Shown here piece by piece: positions 30,707-40,697 of a DNA stretch of 64,000 nucleotides (position 1 is the first letter of the stretch; every line of letters begins with the position of its first letter). Source of the stretch: an uncultured archaeon. Its GTDB lineage: Archaea > Iainarchaeota > Iainarchaeia > Iainarchaeales > VGJJ01. Position numbers and translations under genes: made by a program. The notes under the pieces were generated by a model that was not told where the DNA came from, did not search any database, and was given only the letters and a program-made list of their open reading frames with translations. The stretch lies in assembly GCA_964480125.1 (NCBI GenBank), contig CAYZNV010000003.1:3201-67200 (forward strand), in the 5' to 3' direction.

Positions 30707-32431
30707 ATGTCCCTCAACAAAGAAATCGCGGCCATCTTCTATGCCATGGCGGATTTATTGGACTTATTGGGAGTGGAATGGAAACCCATCGCATTCCATA
30801 AAGCCGCACGCACCCTAGAGAATTATCCCGAACCCATCGAGCGCATCGTGAAAGAAAAAGGAATCAAAGGAGTAATGGAACTCCCGGGAATCGGAGAAGG
30901 AATTGGAAAGAAAATAGTACAATATGTAGAAGAAAAGAAGATGGATGAGTATGAGAAACTAAAGAAAGAAGTCCCAGCTGGAGTAAGAGAAATGCTCGCC
31001 GTCCCGGGAATGGGACCCAAAAAGGCAGCGCGATTGTATAAAGAATTGAAAATCGACTCGCTCGAAAAACTAGAAAAGCTTGCACGCAATGAGAAAATAC
31101 GCGTTCTCGCGGGATTTGGAGAAAAAAGCGAAGAGGATATTCTGATGGGATTGGAATTAGTGAAGAAAGGACAAGAAAGAAAACTCATGGGAATTATTCT
31201 CCCATACGCACGCGAGCTCGCAAAGAAAATAGAAAAAATTCCAGGAGTACAGCGCGTAGAGTTGGCAGGGAGTTTGCGCCGGCGCAGGGAAACAGTCAAG
31301 GACATCGACATCCTCGCGCTCGCCAAGGACGGAAAGAAAGTCATGGATGCGTTCGTGCATCTGTCGGATGTAGAAAAAGTCGTCTCGAAAGGAGACACTA
31401 AGTCCGCCGTCATTTTGAAAATGGGACTCAACTGCGACCTGCGCGTGCTTTCTCCAGAGGTATATGGCGCGGGACTGGTGCACTTCACAGGAAGCAAAGA
31501 ACACAATGTCGCGCTGCGCACGCTTGCCATCAAAAAAGGAATGAAATTGGATGAATATGGGCTGTTTGAAAGCAAAAGCGGAAAAAATATTGCATGCAAG
31601 AGCGAGGAAGACGTGTATGCCAAGCTAGGCATGTCTTATGTGCCTCCAGAAATGCGAGAAAATAATGGAGAAATAGAATTGGCACAGCAGAAGAAGCTCC
31701 CAGAGCTCATTCCTTATGAAAGCATTCGAGGGGATCTGCACACGCACACGAGTTGGAGCGATGGAGCCAATACCACTGAAGAAATGGTGCGGCGCGCCGT
31801 GGAATTGGGGTATGAATACTATGCCATTACCGACCACTCCAAGAGCGATGTCATCGCCAATGGGCTGAATGAGAAGCGCGTCAAAGAACACTTCAAAGAG
31901 ATAGATGCCCTGCAAAAGAAATTCCCACGAATCAAGCTATTGAAAGGCGCCGAAGTGGCCATATTGAGCAATGGAAAACTGGATTATGGAAATGAATTGT
32001 TGAAAGAAATGGACATTGTCGCGGCAAGCGTCCACTCGGGATTCAAAACCCCAGCAAAAGAAATGACCAAGCGATTACTTACTGCAATGGAAAATGAATA
32101 TGTGACGTTTTTGGCACACCCAACTGGAAGGTTACTAAACCAGCGCAACCCCTACGAGTATGATATTGAAAAAATACTCGATACTGCGGCGGAAAAAGGC
32201 ATCGCCGTAGAAGTGAATGCCTTTCCCTCGCGCATGGACTTCGACGCTGAACATATCAAGCTTGCGCTACAGAAAAAAGTCAAGCTCGTCATCAATACGG
32301 ACTCGCATTCCGTGCAGAACTTGGATTTTATGGAATTTGGGATTGCACAAGCCCGCAGGGGATGGGCCAAGAAAGAAGATGTGCTGAATACATTGCCATG
32401 GAAAAAATTCCAAAAAGAAATGATGAAATAA
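30707..32431 (+). CDS. polX: DNA polymerase X with PHP domain
   Basis: GSLRR, KDIDIL, CDLR, FTGSKEHN; PHP motifs HTHT, DHS, HP, DSH. Confidence 0.97.
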   Translation: MSLNKEIAAIFYAMADLLDLLGVEWKPIAFHKAARTLENYPEPIERIVKEKGIKGVMELPGIGEGIGKKIVQYVEEKKMDEYEKLKKEVPAGVREMLAVPGMGPKKAARLYKELKIDSLEKLEKLARNEKIRVLAGFGEKSEEDILMGLELVKKGQERKLMGIILPYARELAKKIEKIPGVQRVELAGSLRRRRETVKDIDILALAKDGKKVMDAFVHLSDVEKVVSKGDTKSAVILKMGLNCDLRVLSPEVYGAGLVHFTGSKEHNVALRTLAIKKGMKLDEYGLFESKSGKNIACKSEEDVYAKLGMSYVPPEMRENNGEIELAQQKKLPELIPYESIRGDLHTHTSWSDGANTTEEMVRRAVELGYEYYAITDHSKSDVIANGLNEKRVKEHFKEIDALQKKFPRIKLLKGAEVAILSNGKLDYGNELLKEMDIVAASVHSGFKTPAKEMTKRLLTAMENEYVTFLAHPTGRLLNQRNPYEYDIEKILDTAAEKGIAVEVNAFPSRMDFDAEHIKLALQKKVKLVINTDSHSVQNLDFMEFGIAQARRGWAKKEDVLNTLPWKKFQKEMMK

Positions 32432-32710
32432 ATTACACGGCATCGAATGAAAAAATATTCCCTTTTTCATGGAAAGAGAAAAAATAATTCAATTTTTCCG
32501 AGTGATACGAAAAATTTCTCACTCATCGATATGTATAACGACCCAAAAAGTAGATTTAAAAGTGCAACTCATGGAACTGTATGGATTCACCCTTGCAATT
32601 GGCGTTGATTTTTCGCCAATATCAACGTGACTTACCTACGCACTTACCTACATACCAGAATCAACAAACAAAATAAACGAGCCAGTCAAACCTCCCAGAC
32701 GTGATATGCC

Positions 32711-33517
32711 ATGATGTCAATCCCCGTAATGAAAACCTTCACCGAAAACCTCAATCAATTATGTACGGATTTCCAGCAGAATGTAAAAGAGAGCGAGCAC
32801 CCCAGCATCGATAAGAAAGTCCAGCTCTCCGCTGAGACATTAGAACAATTCCTCCTCACTCAGCACTTCACCCCCGTGCAAGAGAACACGCTGTTGAAAT
32901 TGGACTCAATCGCGCAACTCGTCCCCCAAACCCAGGCAGCCTATCGCTATTACCAAGAAGACCTCGAGCGCTCCTATGCGCAAGAGCTGGTGGCCAACAA
33001 CGAATCAGAATTGGACTTTACCCATTCCCACTTGCGCCGAGAAGGAATGCTCGCCTCAAAAGAAGCCCATTTCTCCAACCTCAGCGAACACGATCGTGTG
33101 CTCGTCATCGGAACGGGGTATTTTCCGCTGCATGCCATGGTGTATGCAGGGCAGTTCGATGCCAAAGTCATCGGATTAGAAGCCCAGCAGCACGTGCGCG
33201 AGCATGCGTCGCGAGTCATTGAGAGCATGGAACTGGATTCCCAAATCAAAATCCAGGACATCCGCAACCTCTACGCGCAAGCCGCCAAAGCCAATGTGAT
33301 TTTCGTGTCGCGCGACATGAATGATAAGGTCCCCCTTATCAATTCCCTAGCCGAACACCTCAAGCCCGGCACACGTGTGATGTGCAGAACAGGATTTGGA
33401 TTGCGCGCCATGCTCCACGCCCACGTGCCCCACAAACAATTACAGGGATTCACCCAAATGGGAGTATTGGACGCAGGAAAGAGCAGCTTACAGAGCTCAC
33501 TCTGTTTGCTGAGATAG
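32711..33517 (+). CDS. Nicotianamine synthase-like SAM-dependent enzyme
   Basis: RVLVIGTGYFPLHA (cf. IGSGPLPLT), helical N-domain, R...GLRAML. Confidence 0.65.
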   Translation: MMSIPVMKTFTENLNQLCTDFQQNVKESEHPSIDKKVQLSAETLEQFLLTQHFTPVQENTLLKLDSIAQLVPQTQAAYRYYQEDLERSYAQELVANNESELDFTHSHLRREGMLASKEAHFSNLSEHDRVLVIGTGYFPLHAMVYAGQFDAKVIGLEAQQHVREHASRVIESMELDSQIKIQDIRNLYAQAAKANVIFVSRDMNDKVPLINSLAEHLKPGTRVMCRTGFGLRAMLHAHVPHKQLQGFTQMGVLDAGKSSLQSSLCLLR

Positions 33518-33541
33518 AACCTTAGAAAAAGCACATCAAAT

Positions 33542-33600
33542 CAGGTATCGCTTAGCGATACCTGTTCTCGGTCCGCCCGGACGAAACCGGGCCGAAACGG
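33542..33600 (-). repeat. Dispersed element overlapping the end of CDS 33552..34136
   Basis: Minus strand CCGTTTCGG CCCGGT-TTCG-TCCGGG CGGAC CGAGAA CAGGTATCGC-TAA-GCGATACCTG. Confidence 0.88.
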
Positions 33601-34136
33601 GTCCCGCAGTGCGGACAAAACTTATCGCGCCAATCCACCCATTTCCCGCACGCATGGCAATGGATGAATTTTCCAGGAACACGACGCGGGTGCTCGCGCA
33701 ACCATTTTTGGGTTTGTATCAGCGCAAGGAGGCGCTGTTCAATCTTTGGAGCATTACTTCCATAGAAGACGCGGTGTTGCATCATCTCATTATGCTCATA
33801 CGCCACGTGCAATTCCTTTGAAACAAATCCCTTTGATTCTATTTCAACTAAATCATGCAAGTAGAGCTCGAACAAAACTTCTGGAAATTTCAATGACTCC
33901 GCTTGCTTGCTGAGGAAGAGCACGCGTTGCGTGGTGGCGACTAATACTCCATTCAGGCGCGCCGCCACGGGAATATTTTCTTGAACGGGAATCTTTTGAG
34001 GCAACATCCCAAAGAGGGGCTTTTCTTCTTCGACCCATTGCGCTTCAAGTTTGAATCCATCCATTTGCATGGGGAAGAAAAATAACACGGCCTCGCGGGG
34101 ATGCAAAAAAATGTGGGAAATCCATTCCATGCTCAT
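33552..34136 (-). CDS. Possible PH-like domain plus C-terminal zinc ribbon protein
   Basis: GVLVATTQRVLF; CHACG..KFCPHCG. Confidence 0.7.
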   Translation of the reverse strand: MSMEWISHIFLHPREAVLFFFPMQMDGFKLEAQWVEEEKPLFGMLPQKIPVQENIPVAARLNGVLVATTQRVLFLSKQAESLKFPEVLFELYLHDLVEIESKGFVSKELHVAYEHNEMMQHRVFYGSNAPKIEQRLLALIQTQKWLREHPRRVPGKFIHCHACGKWVDWRDKFCPHCGTRFGPVSSGRTENRYR

Positions 34137-34176
34137 ACTATGCGAGGCGAAATTGGACTATTTAATGGAAATTATC

Positions 34177-34779
34177 TCACGGGGCTGATGCACTCGATTC
34201 CAGAGGAAAGATTGTAATAACCTTGCCCCGAACGAAAGAGGCATCAACAAAACCATAATCCAGGCTGTCAAAACCATATTCTATGTTATCGGAAACCGCA
34301 ACTATTTTTTGCTCGGGAACAATACGCTCGAACGAAGGAGAAGGAAACCTAAAAAGATTGAATGAATCAGGAGTGAAGGGGCTCCCAAAAGGATGCATAC
34401 GAACCACCACCCCATTCACTGCGAGATTACCTTCAGTAGTGAGATGAATACGATCCCTTGGCAATCCAATTACGCGTTTCACACGCAAACTATTGTCCAC
34501 GTTGAAATCAATGATGATGATATCATTTCGCTGCAATGGGCGAGAAGAATAATAATCCACTGCAATACGAATGGAATCCCCGTCCCGGATGGTGGGATCC
34601 ATCGAGTACCCTTGCACGGGTTTGATGATGCATTCAAATGAGATGCACGGGTTTTTTTCCTGCATCAATGAATAATTCAGGATAAAAGGTGCAGCAAACA
34701 CTCCAATCAAAAATAACAACAAACCAAAAAATAGAATCATGATACCATTCAATCGCACAATCGAGTTCACCTGACGCAT
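34177..34779 (-). CDS. lepB: Signal peptidase I, bacterial Ser/Lys type (second copy)
   Basis: GYSMDPTI, VKRVIGLP, SDN...DS. Confidence 0.85.
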   Translation of the reverse strand: MRQVNSIVRLNGIMILFFGLLLFLIGVFAAPFILNYSLMQEKNPCISFECIIKPVQGYSMDPTIRDGDSIRIAVDYYSSRPLQRNDIIIIDFNVDNSLRVKRVIGLPRDRIHLTTEGNLAVNGVVVRMHPFGSPFTPDSFNLFRFPSPSFERIVPEQKIVAVSDNIEYGFDSLDYGFVDASFVRGKVITIFPLESSASAP

Positions 34780-34809
34780 GCAAAAATTAGTCCGCCTTGA
34801 TTTATTGGA

Positions 34810-35880
34810 TTATCGGCAGACATTCACACAAACCCCAAGCGTGGCATACCACCAAGTATCAGGAGTATACAATCCATTGGAGAATACCCCTGTTCCGGGC
34901 CCAGCAAATGAGGCAGGAGAAGTGGAGAACTGTAATGTAAGATTACTTACACCATTCAATTTCCCTTCACCCCCATTTTCACTAGCACTAGGCTCGCCGG
35001 TTCCGGTGTCGCCAGGCGGAATGCCGCCCCCTGGTTCCCCTGTTGAGGTATAGGTGCCTGAATAGAGTGGCCCACCCCACGCGTCCTTTTCGAGTAGGGG
35101 ATAATCATACGCAATATTACCATTCGGACCAATCACGCTGTCCCGATCCTGACACGAACAAGGGACTGACGAATTCCCAGTGATACGACAAGTCTGGTTA
35201 GCAGGACAACTCCCACCACACCACGCACCCTGTCCCCCGGCATAGGTGTGCTGAGCACATGACGTGCCAGTAAGACCGCCACCACCAGTGGGACCCCCAC
35301 CCGAGCCATTGCCGCCAGTCGAAGCGCTACCTCCACCAGGAGTCCCGCCACCCGGACCGCCTCCAGGAGTATAGGGCGAGGCATTGGATCCAGTAACAAG
35401 GTGATAGTAGAAAGTCGGATTACCCCCGACAACAGAGTGATAAATAGGAGGACCGGGGGGAAACTGATGACTTGATCCTTGAGTAGGAACAACAGTGAAA
35501 GGAATATCAATCGCAGTCGGAACACAATAGTTTGCCACCAGCGTGGGATGAGATAAAGGGCATGAAGGAGCAGAACAAACACCAGTTGCATCATCCACTG
35601 TCAATTGAGGAGAAATCGCCCCCGATTGACTGCCTAACACCTTTGGACCATTCGCCCAAGGACAACTCAATTCAAGCAGTTTGTTGTTCGCCGGAGCCCC
35701 TTGCGCTAGCACTACTTTTGGAGCCAAATAATTGACCTTCAAGTAACTTGCATGGGAAGAATCAATTGCGAGCACTTCCACTGGATGAAATGTAGCAAGC
35801 CCTCCTACGAACAACGCAACCCCTACCACCAAAAGGAATCCAATGATTGCGATTCGAGAAATCAAAACGCTCATGTTCAT
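34810..35880 (-). CDS. Membrane-anchored Gly/Cys-rich surface protein
   Basis: N-terminal TM, Gly-rich linkers, Cys clusters, ends VCVNVCR; ATGA overlap with the upstream gene. Confidence 0.8.
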   Translation of the reverse strand: MNMSVLISRIAIIGFLLVVGVALFVGGLATFHPVEVLAIDSSHASYLKVNYLAPKVVLAQGAPANNKLLELSCPWANGPKVLGSQSGAISPQLTVDDATGVCSAPSCPLSHPTLVANYCVPTAIDIPFTVVPTQGSSHQFPPGPPIYHSVVGGNPTFYYHLVTGSNASPYTPGGGPGGGTPGGGSASTGGNGSGGGPTGGGGLTGTSCAQHTYAGGQGAWCGGSCPANQTCRITGNSSVPCSCQDRDSVIGPNGNIAYDYPLLEKDAWGGPLYSGTYTSTGEPGGGIPPGDTGTGEPSASENGGEGKLNGVSNLTLQFSTSPASFAGPGTGVFSNGLYTPDTWWYATLGVCVNVCR

Positions 35881-36650
35881 GCGTTCTTGGTGCATACATT
35901 CACCATATTCCCCACGTGACCCGCGAAGAATGAGATATCATAATTGATGATGGTTCCTGAAGCATATACCGGCGTCAAAGTATACGTCAAACCCAATCCA
36001 TTAGGTTCGAAATAATATCCCTTTGACGTGTAAGTAATCCCGCCAATCGTGGGACATGCAATCTGATTTGCGCCATTAGGGCAGTTTGCTGCTGAATAAG
36101 TCGAAACCTGCGATTGCAAATCAAATGGCTGACCAGGCGCCGCCACCGGCAACGGGCCTCCTGCGATTGGGCATTTCATGTAAATCACATCATTCCCTGC
36201 AGCCGCTGCAATAATCTGGTCGCGGGTCCAGGTCTCAAGATGATTAGAATTCAGCGCCAGATTCGCAGTATTCGCTGTAACGGCACTCTCTGCAACAACT
36301 CCAGAACCCGTACCCCATGCTGCCGCTTGGACAAACTTTTGCATCGTCGCTAGTGGTTCAGGAACGGGAACGCCTGCAACAGTAGGAGTAATGGGCGCCG
36401 GCCAACCGGAAGGCCAACCACTAAAGGCTTGAGTGAAATCAATTTCTCCCACGGGATGACTAACTGCACCCGAACCGGGAGTCGAACCCGCTTGAGCAGA
36501 AACACCCACGATCAAACCAAGTGCCACCAATCCCACCACTGCAACCACCACTAAATGCGTAGGAATCGAAATCGCACTCGTGCCAGGAGAAGCACGCGAA
36601 GTAGTCGATTGTTGACTGGAATGTTTTTTTTCAGAAAAGCGTCCGGGCAT
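35877..36650 (-). CDS. Membrane-anchored fibre-like surface protein
   Basis: N-terminal TM, SHPVGEID, AVTANTANLALNSNHL, ends MVNVCTKNA. Confidence 0.8.
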   Translation of the reverse strand: MPGRFSEKKHSSQQSTTSRASPGTSAISIPTHLVVVAVVGLVALGLIVGVSAQAGSTPGSGAVSHPVGEIDFTQAFSGWPSGWPAPITPTVAGVPVPEPLATMQKFVQAAAWGTGSGVVAESAVTANTANLALNSNHLETWTRDQIIAAAAGNDVIYMKCPIAGGPLPVAAPGQPFDLQSQVSTYSAANCPNGANQIACPTIGGITYTSKGYYFEPNGLGLTYTLTPVYASGTIINYDISFFAGHVGNMVNVCTKNA

Positions 36651-36746
36651 GTGACACACCTATGCAAGAGGGACAAATGCCGCCTATAAATACCTTGCTC
36701 CACTCCTGTCGCGCAGAACCATACAAAAATGCACCCAAAGCCACTC

Positions 36747-37844
36747 TCATCCAAAGAACTCATTCAAGCGCTTCTGCTTGGGAGGAGAAGCAAAGCCCCC
36801 CACGCGCAAACCCGCCCGGCGCAAGGGAAGAGGAGCATTCAGGAGAAGGGATTGGAACAATTGCTCGGCCTCCAAAAAAAATTGCTCGGAAGAAACGCAT
36901 GGAACATGAAGCGTCGTGGAGCGAGTCATCTGTTTCAGCGCAATATCAATCCCAACCACACTAATCTGAGTGAAAAACTTTCCCTGCGCCGCGGTCTCAT
37001 CCCATAATTCTTGGGACTTTTCTCTCACGAGCTCGCGCAAGTCATTCCAATCCTGCGTGTCGCGCTGCAGCGTCCAAATGCTCGAGCGCTGTTGCTTCTC
37101 ATAATTCGTCTCGAGTGGAGACTCATCCACTCCCCGAGAAGCATGGAAGAAATACTGTCCGCGCGCCGCACCAAAAAGAGAAACCAACTCGCTCGCACCC
37201 CCACTGCGGAGCTGCGCAATCGATAGGATGTTTTTTTCGGAAAGCAATTGCTCGGTCTTGGGACCCACTCCCAGTAATGCCTTCACGGGCAATGGATCCA
37301 AAAAAGACTGCACCTCATCGGGCCTCACCACTGTGAAACCATTTGGCTTTCTAAAATCAGAAGCAATCTTTGCTACTAACTTATTGGGGGCAATCCCAAT
37401 AGAACAACCCAAATTAAATTCCTTCAAAATCTTTTGTTGAAATTCCCTCATGAGCTTCTCGGCAAGCCCATAGTCTCCCTGCGCTTTCTGCGTGAGATCG
37501 GCATACGCTTCATCGATGCTCGCCATCTCCACCGCATCCCCATACGCAAATAGCTTCGTGAAGATTTGCTCGGAAAGCTGACCATACAGCGTATGATTCA
37601 CCGGTAAAAAATGACCCAATGGACATAAGGACTTCGCCTGCGCGATGGGCATGCCGGCTTTCACTCCTAGCTTGCGCGCATCATAACTCGCAGAGCTCAC
37701 GACTCCCGAATCCAGCGTGCGACCCGAAAAAACGCACACCACGATGGGTTCATTCTTCCACTCGGGATGGGCATTCGCCTCAATGGAAGCGAAGAAGGCA
37801 TTCATGTCCACGTGCGCAATAATCCGAGCCGGCATAACCATCAT
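36747..37844 (-). CDS. dinB: DNA polymerase IV (Y family)
   Basis: HVDMNAFFAS, SYDAR, SIDEAY, KLVAKIAS..KPNG. Confidence 0.95.
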   Translation of the reverse strand: MMVMPARIIAHVDMNAFFASIEANAHPEWKNEPIVVCVFSGRTLDSGVVSSASYDARKLGVKAGMPIAQAKSLCPLGHFLPVNHTLYGQLSEQIFTKLFAYGDAVEMASIDEAYADLTQKAQGDYGLAEKLMREFQQKILKEFNLGCSIGIAPNKLVAKIASDFRKPNGFTVVRPDEVQSFLDPLPVKALLGVGPKTEQLLSEKNILSIAQLRSGGASELVSLFGAARGQYFFHASRGVDESPLETNYEKQQRSSIWTLQRDTQDWNDLRELVREKSQELWDETAAQGKFFTQISVVGIDIALKQMTRSTTLHVPCVSSEQFFLEAEQLFQSLLLNAPLPLRRAGLRVGGFASPPKQKRLNEFFG

Positions 37845-37948
37845 TCTCCTCGCAAGGAGAAAATACTATTGCTTGAACCATGGGTAATTAAAAGTCCATT
37901 TTCGTGATGGTATATATCGCGCTCTTCCAGCGGAAAATAGGTGAAACC

Positions 37949-38275
37949 ATGGTACAAGAACTCAACTCCAACAGCTTCCAATCCAATGTCCTTGAGAGCA
38001 AGCTCCCCGTCATCGTGGATTTCTGGGCAGCATGGTGCGGCCCCTGCAAGCTGCTTTCTCCCATTTTCGAGGATTTAGAGAAAGAATTCAAAGGAAAATT
38101 GCACTTCACCAAAATCAATGTGGATGAGAATCCTGCCATCGCGCAGAATTATGACATCATGAGCATTCCCTGCTTAGTGCTATTCCACAAAGGAAAAGAA
38201 GCCGAACGATTTGTGGGATTGATGCAGAAAGCCGAATTGAAGAAACTCATCAGCGATGCGTTACAGAAAATCTAA
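37949..38275 (+). CDS. trxA: Thioredoxin
   Basis: WCGPC; AGGTGA SD before ATG 37949. Confidence 0.97.
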   Translation: MVQELNSNSFQSNVLESKLPVIVDFWAAWCGPCKLLSPIFEDLEKEFKGKLHFTKINVDENPAIAQNYDIMSIPCLVLFHKGKEAERFVGLMQKAELKKLISDALQKI

Positions 38276-38303
38276 CGCACCCACTATCCTTTTTTTATTG
38301 GAC

Positions 38304-38933
38304 TTATTTCACTACAAAATAAATTCCACGCGCATAACGCTGCAATTCCGCAACGAAGCGCTTAGGGATCATCTTTTTCCGCGAGATGGCCCAAATCCTA
38401 AAATGGTGCGCGTGCACCTCAAAGGCATTCCATCCACGCGAGGAAAAACGCAACTCCACGTGAGACGCATCCACGTGCACGCGCTTGAGGGGGGGATGCA
38501 ATAGTAGTGCGTCCGCGAGCGAAACCGATTTCGCATTCGCCTTCACAGGAAAAAGCATGGACTCATCCAATGGAATGTGATGCGACGCAATCCATTTCAT
38601 CCAACCCGAGGAACGCTGCTTCTTCCCAGCGGCAGGAAGCAAAAATGCCAAGCGCTTCGCGAGAGAATGAAAGAAACGCGCTTTCGCCGTAGAAAAAGAA
38701 TGCCGCGCACGATGAGGAGCCGAGCGCACGCGATGGGAAAGCGAAGAAGGAATATGAGAAATACGCACCACCATCGTGCGCCACACCCTCTCAAATGAAG
38801 GAATTTTTTTTTCCTGATTGTAAATCGAAAGCAATGTCGCGGCGAACGACAACAACGCAAGCAGGGCCACTAACCAAAGCCACCCCCACCCAGAAAGGGA
38901 AGCAAACGAAACGAGCTGGAGCAATACACTCAT
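38304..38933 (-). CDS. Hypothetical membrane protein, basic
   Basis: N-terminal TM then Arg/His-rich region; fills the gap between trxA and the VIT gene. Confidence 0.55.
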   Translation of the reverse strand: MSVLLQLVSFASLSGWGWLWLVALLALLSFAATLLSIYNQEKKIPSFERVWRTMVVRISHIPSSLSHRVRSAPHRARHSFSTAKARFFHSLAKRLAFLLPAAGKKQRSSGWMKWIASHHIPLDESMLFPVKANAKSVSLADALLLHPPLKRVHVDASHVELRFSSRGWNAFEVHAHHFRIWAISRKKMIPKRFVAELQRYARGIYFVVK

Positions 38934-39002
38934 ACTCCCACGCAAAAAATCCAACAATATAAATGACCGCTATGCCTGTGCATCGCGCGGTGGGATATTA
39001 CT

Positions 39003-39740
39003 TCAAATCCCCGGCGCCGCCCCTAACCACGAACCAATGAGGAATCCCGCGAGCGCAGCTCCGGTTCCAATAAGCGCCAATTCGATCCCTGAGCGCCACC
39101 ACACAATTTTGGTAAAGCGTCCCTTTATTGCGCCGGCAATGAAAAGCACCACCAAGGAAAAGGGAACAGAAATTTCAATCGCCGTCTTCACGGGAAACAA
39201 AAAGAAAGGAATCAATGGGAATATCGCCCCGATGAGAGCAGCAATACCCACTACTATGCCCGAACGCAATGGAGACTCGCCGTCCTTGAAGAGCTTCAAT
39301 TCCTCCTCCATCATCACCTGCAACCAACGCGCACGATTCGAGGTGAGTTTCTTCACTACTAGTTCAAGCTCTTTCCCGCGAAAACCCTTTTCATAATAAA
39401 TACGCCGCACTTCCTCTCGTTCTTCTCCTGGCGCGCGCGCAATCTCATCCTCTTCGCGCTTCTTTTCACGATCATAGAATTCCAACGCAGCCTTGCTCGA
39501 GGTGTAAGCAACCGCTCCCATGGAAATCCCTTCCGCAAACATCGCCGCGAGACCGGAAATAATAATGAGGCGCGCATCCTGTGTGGCGGTTGCAACTCCC
39601 AGCACGAGCCCGAGGACATTCACCAATCCATCTTGCCCGCCCAAAATCAAATCACGCAACCACGTGCCGCCCTGCTCGTCATGGGGATCATGCCCCGTGG
39701 CATGGGGGGATTTCCAATTGCGCAAGTGTTTGCGAGGCAT
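39003..39740 (-). CDS. VIT1/CCC1 Fe/Mn transporter
   Basis: LGGQDGLV, ISMG, E-rich cytosolic domain, MMEEEL. Confidence 0.93.
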   Translation of the reverse strand: MPRKHLRNWKSPHATGHDPHDEQGGTWLRDLILGGQDGLVNVLGLVLGVATATQDARLIIISGLAAMFAEGISMGAVAYTSSKAALEFYDREKKREEDEIARAPGEEREEVRRIYYEKGFRGKELELVVKKLTSNRARWLQVMMEEELKLFKDGESPLRSGIVVGIAALIGAIFPLIPFFLFPVKTAIEISVPFSLVVLFIAGAIKGRFTKIVWWRSGIELALIGTGAALAGFLIGSWLGAAPGI

Positions 39741-39785
39741 GCTATCAACCAAAAAAGTAGACTATTTAATGGCACGCGAATGGAG

Positions 39786-40592
39786 TTACTCGGATTTTGG
39801 AGCCAATGGTTCTTTCGCCACCACGGTGCTCACGAAAATCTCCCCAAATAAGGTGTCTTGCCACGCGGCGAGCTTTCCTCCATTCACCAAAAAAAGCAAG
39901 CCCAAGAACAATTCGATCACGTGATTGGTTTTCTTCCCCTCAACCATGTGGGAAAAGAGAGCCAATCCTGTCGTGTCGGCATGCCTCTTCGCGGAGAGCA
40001 TGACTTCATCCATGACTGCGTTCACATTCATCCCTTGGAAAGGAATCTGGAATTGAGGCCTGTTGCGCCCAGAGAGCTCGCGTTGGACTTTTGTTTTTGT
40101 TTTTTCAAGAATGGATTCAATGCTCTCCACCAATTGATCCAGGGTCACTTTTCCTTCTCTCACCAAGCGCGGATTCACCAGCTCGGGCATCATCCCGCCC
40201 AGCAACTGCTCTTCCGTCAAAAGAGATTTGAAATCCATGTCGGCATCTTCTTCAATTGAACTCAAGCGCAGCGCACGGGCTTTGAACTTGAGCAAAATCG
40301 CGGAAGCCAAAATAGCATTCGCGGGCAAGCGCAAATCAGAATGTTGCATGCTCTTTATCTTTTCGAGATATTTTTGCGCGAGAATCTTCACATCAATATT
40401 CCAGGGATCCATCTTTTCGGATTTGATGACAGAAATGAGAATAGTCTTCCAGTCCGGCTGATCGATCAACGAAACAAAATCCTCAGGATTCTGCAACACC
40501 ACTGAGGTCTCAATCGTCTGCGCATCATCAAAATCGGAATCCAACTCATCCACGACTTCCTCGCGCGCAACGGATTTGAGTTTCTTGGGCAT
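39786..40592 (-). CDS. scpA: Segregation/condensation protein ScpA (kleisin)
   Basis: MDPWNIDV, ASAILLKFKA, FLGLLFL, QDTLFGEI. Confidence 0.88.
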   Translation of the reverse strand: MPKKLKSVAREEVVDELDSDFDDAQTIETSVVLQNPEDFVSLIDQPDWKTILISVIKSEKMDPWNIDVKILAQKYLEKIKSMQHSDLRLPANAILASAILLKFKARALRLSSIEEDADMDFKSLLTEEQLLGGMMPELVNPRLVREGKVTLDQLVESIESILEKTKTKVQRELSGRNRPQFQIPFQGMNVNAVMDEVMLSAKRHADTTGLALFSHMVEGKKTNHVIELFLGLLFLVNGGKLAAWQDTLFGEIFVSTVVAKEPLAPKSE

Positions 40593-40697
40593 CAGAGGAA
40601 GTAGCCCGCTTGGGCATTTTAAGGGTTGCCCGTTGGTGGAACCGCAAACATATAAGAAGCCCAAAAAAGTGCATCGCATAGACGAGGAAAAAACACC

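Noticed and set aside
32571..32630. 19 aa leader peptide before the NAS-like gene
   Set aside because: Start lies too close to the TATA box, no telling composition; cannot be supported
28140..36650. Island or provirus integrated at tRNA-Leu
   Set aside because: No integrase, no long duplicated tRNA 3' end seen, and the downstream genes are housekeeping (nth, polX)
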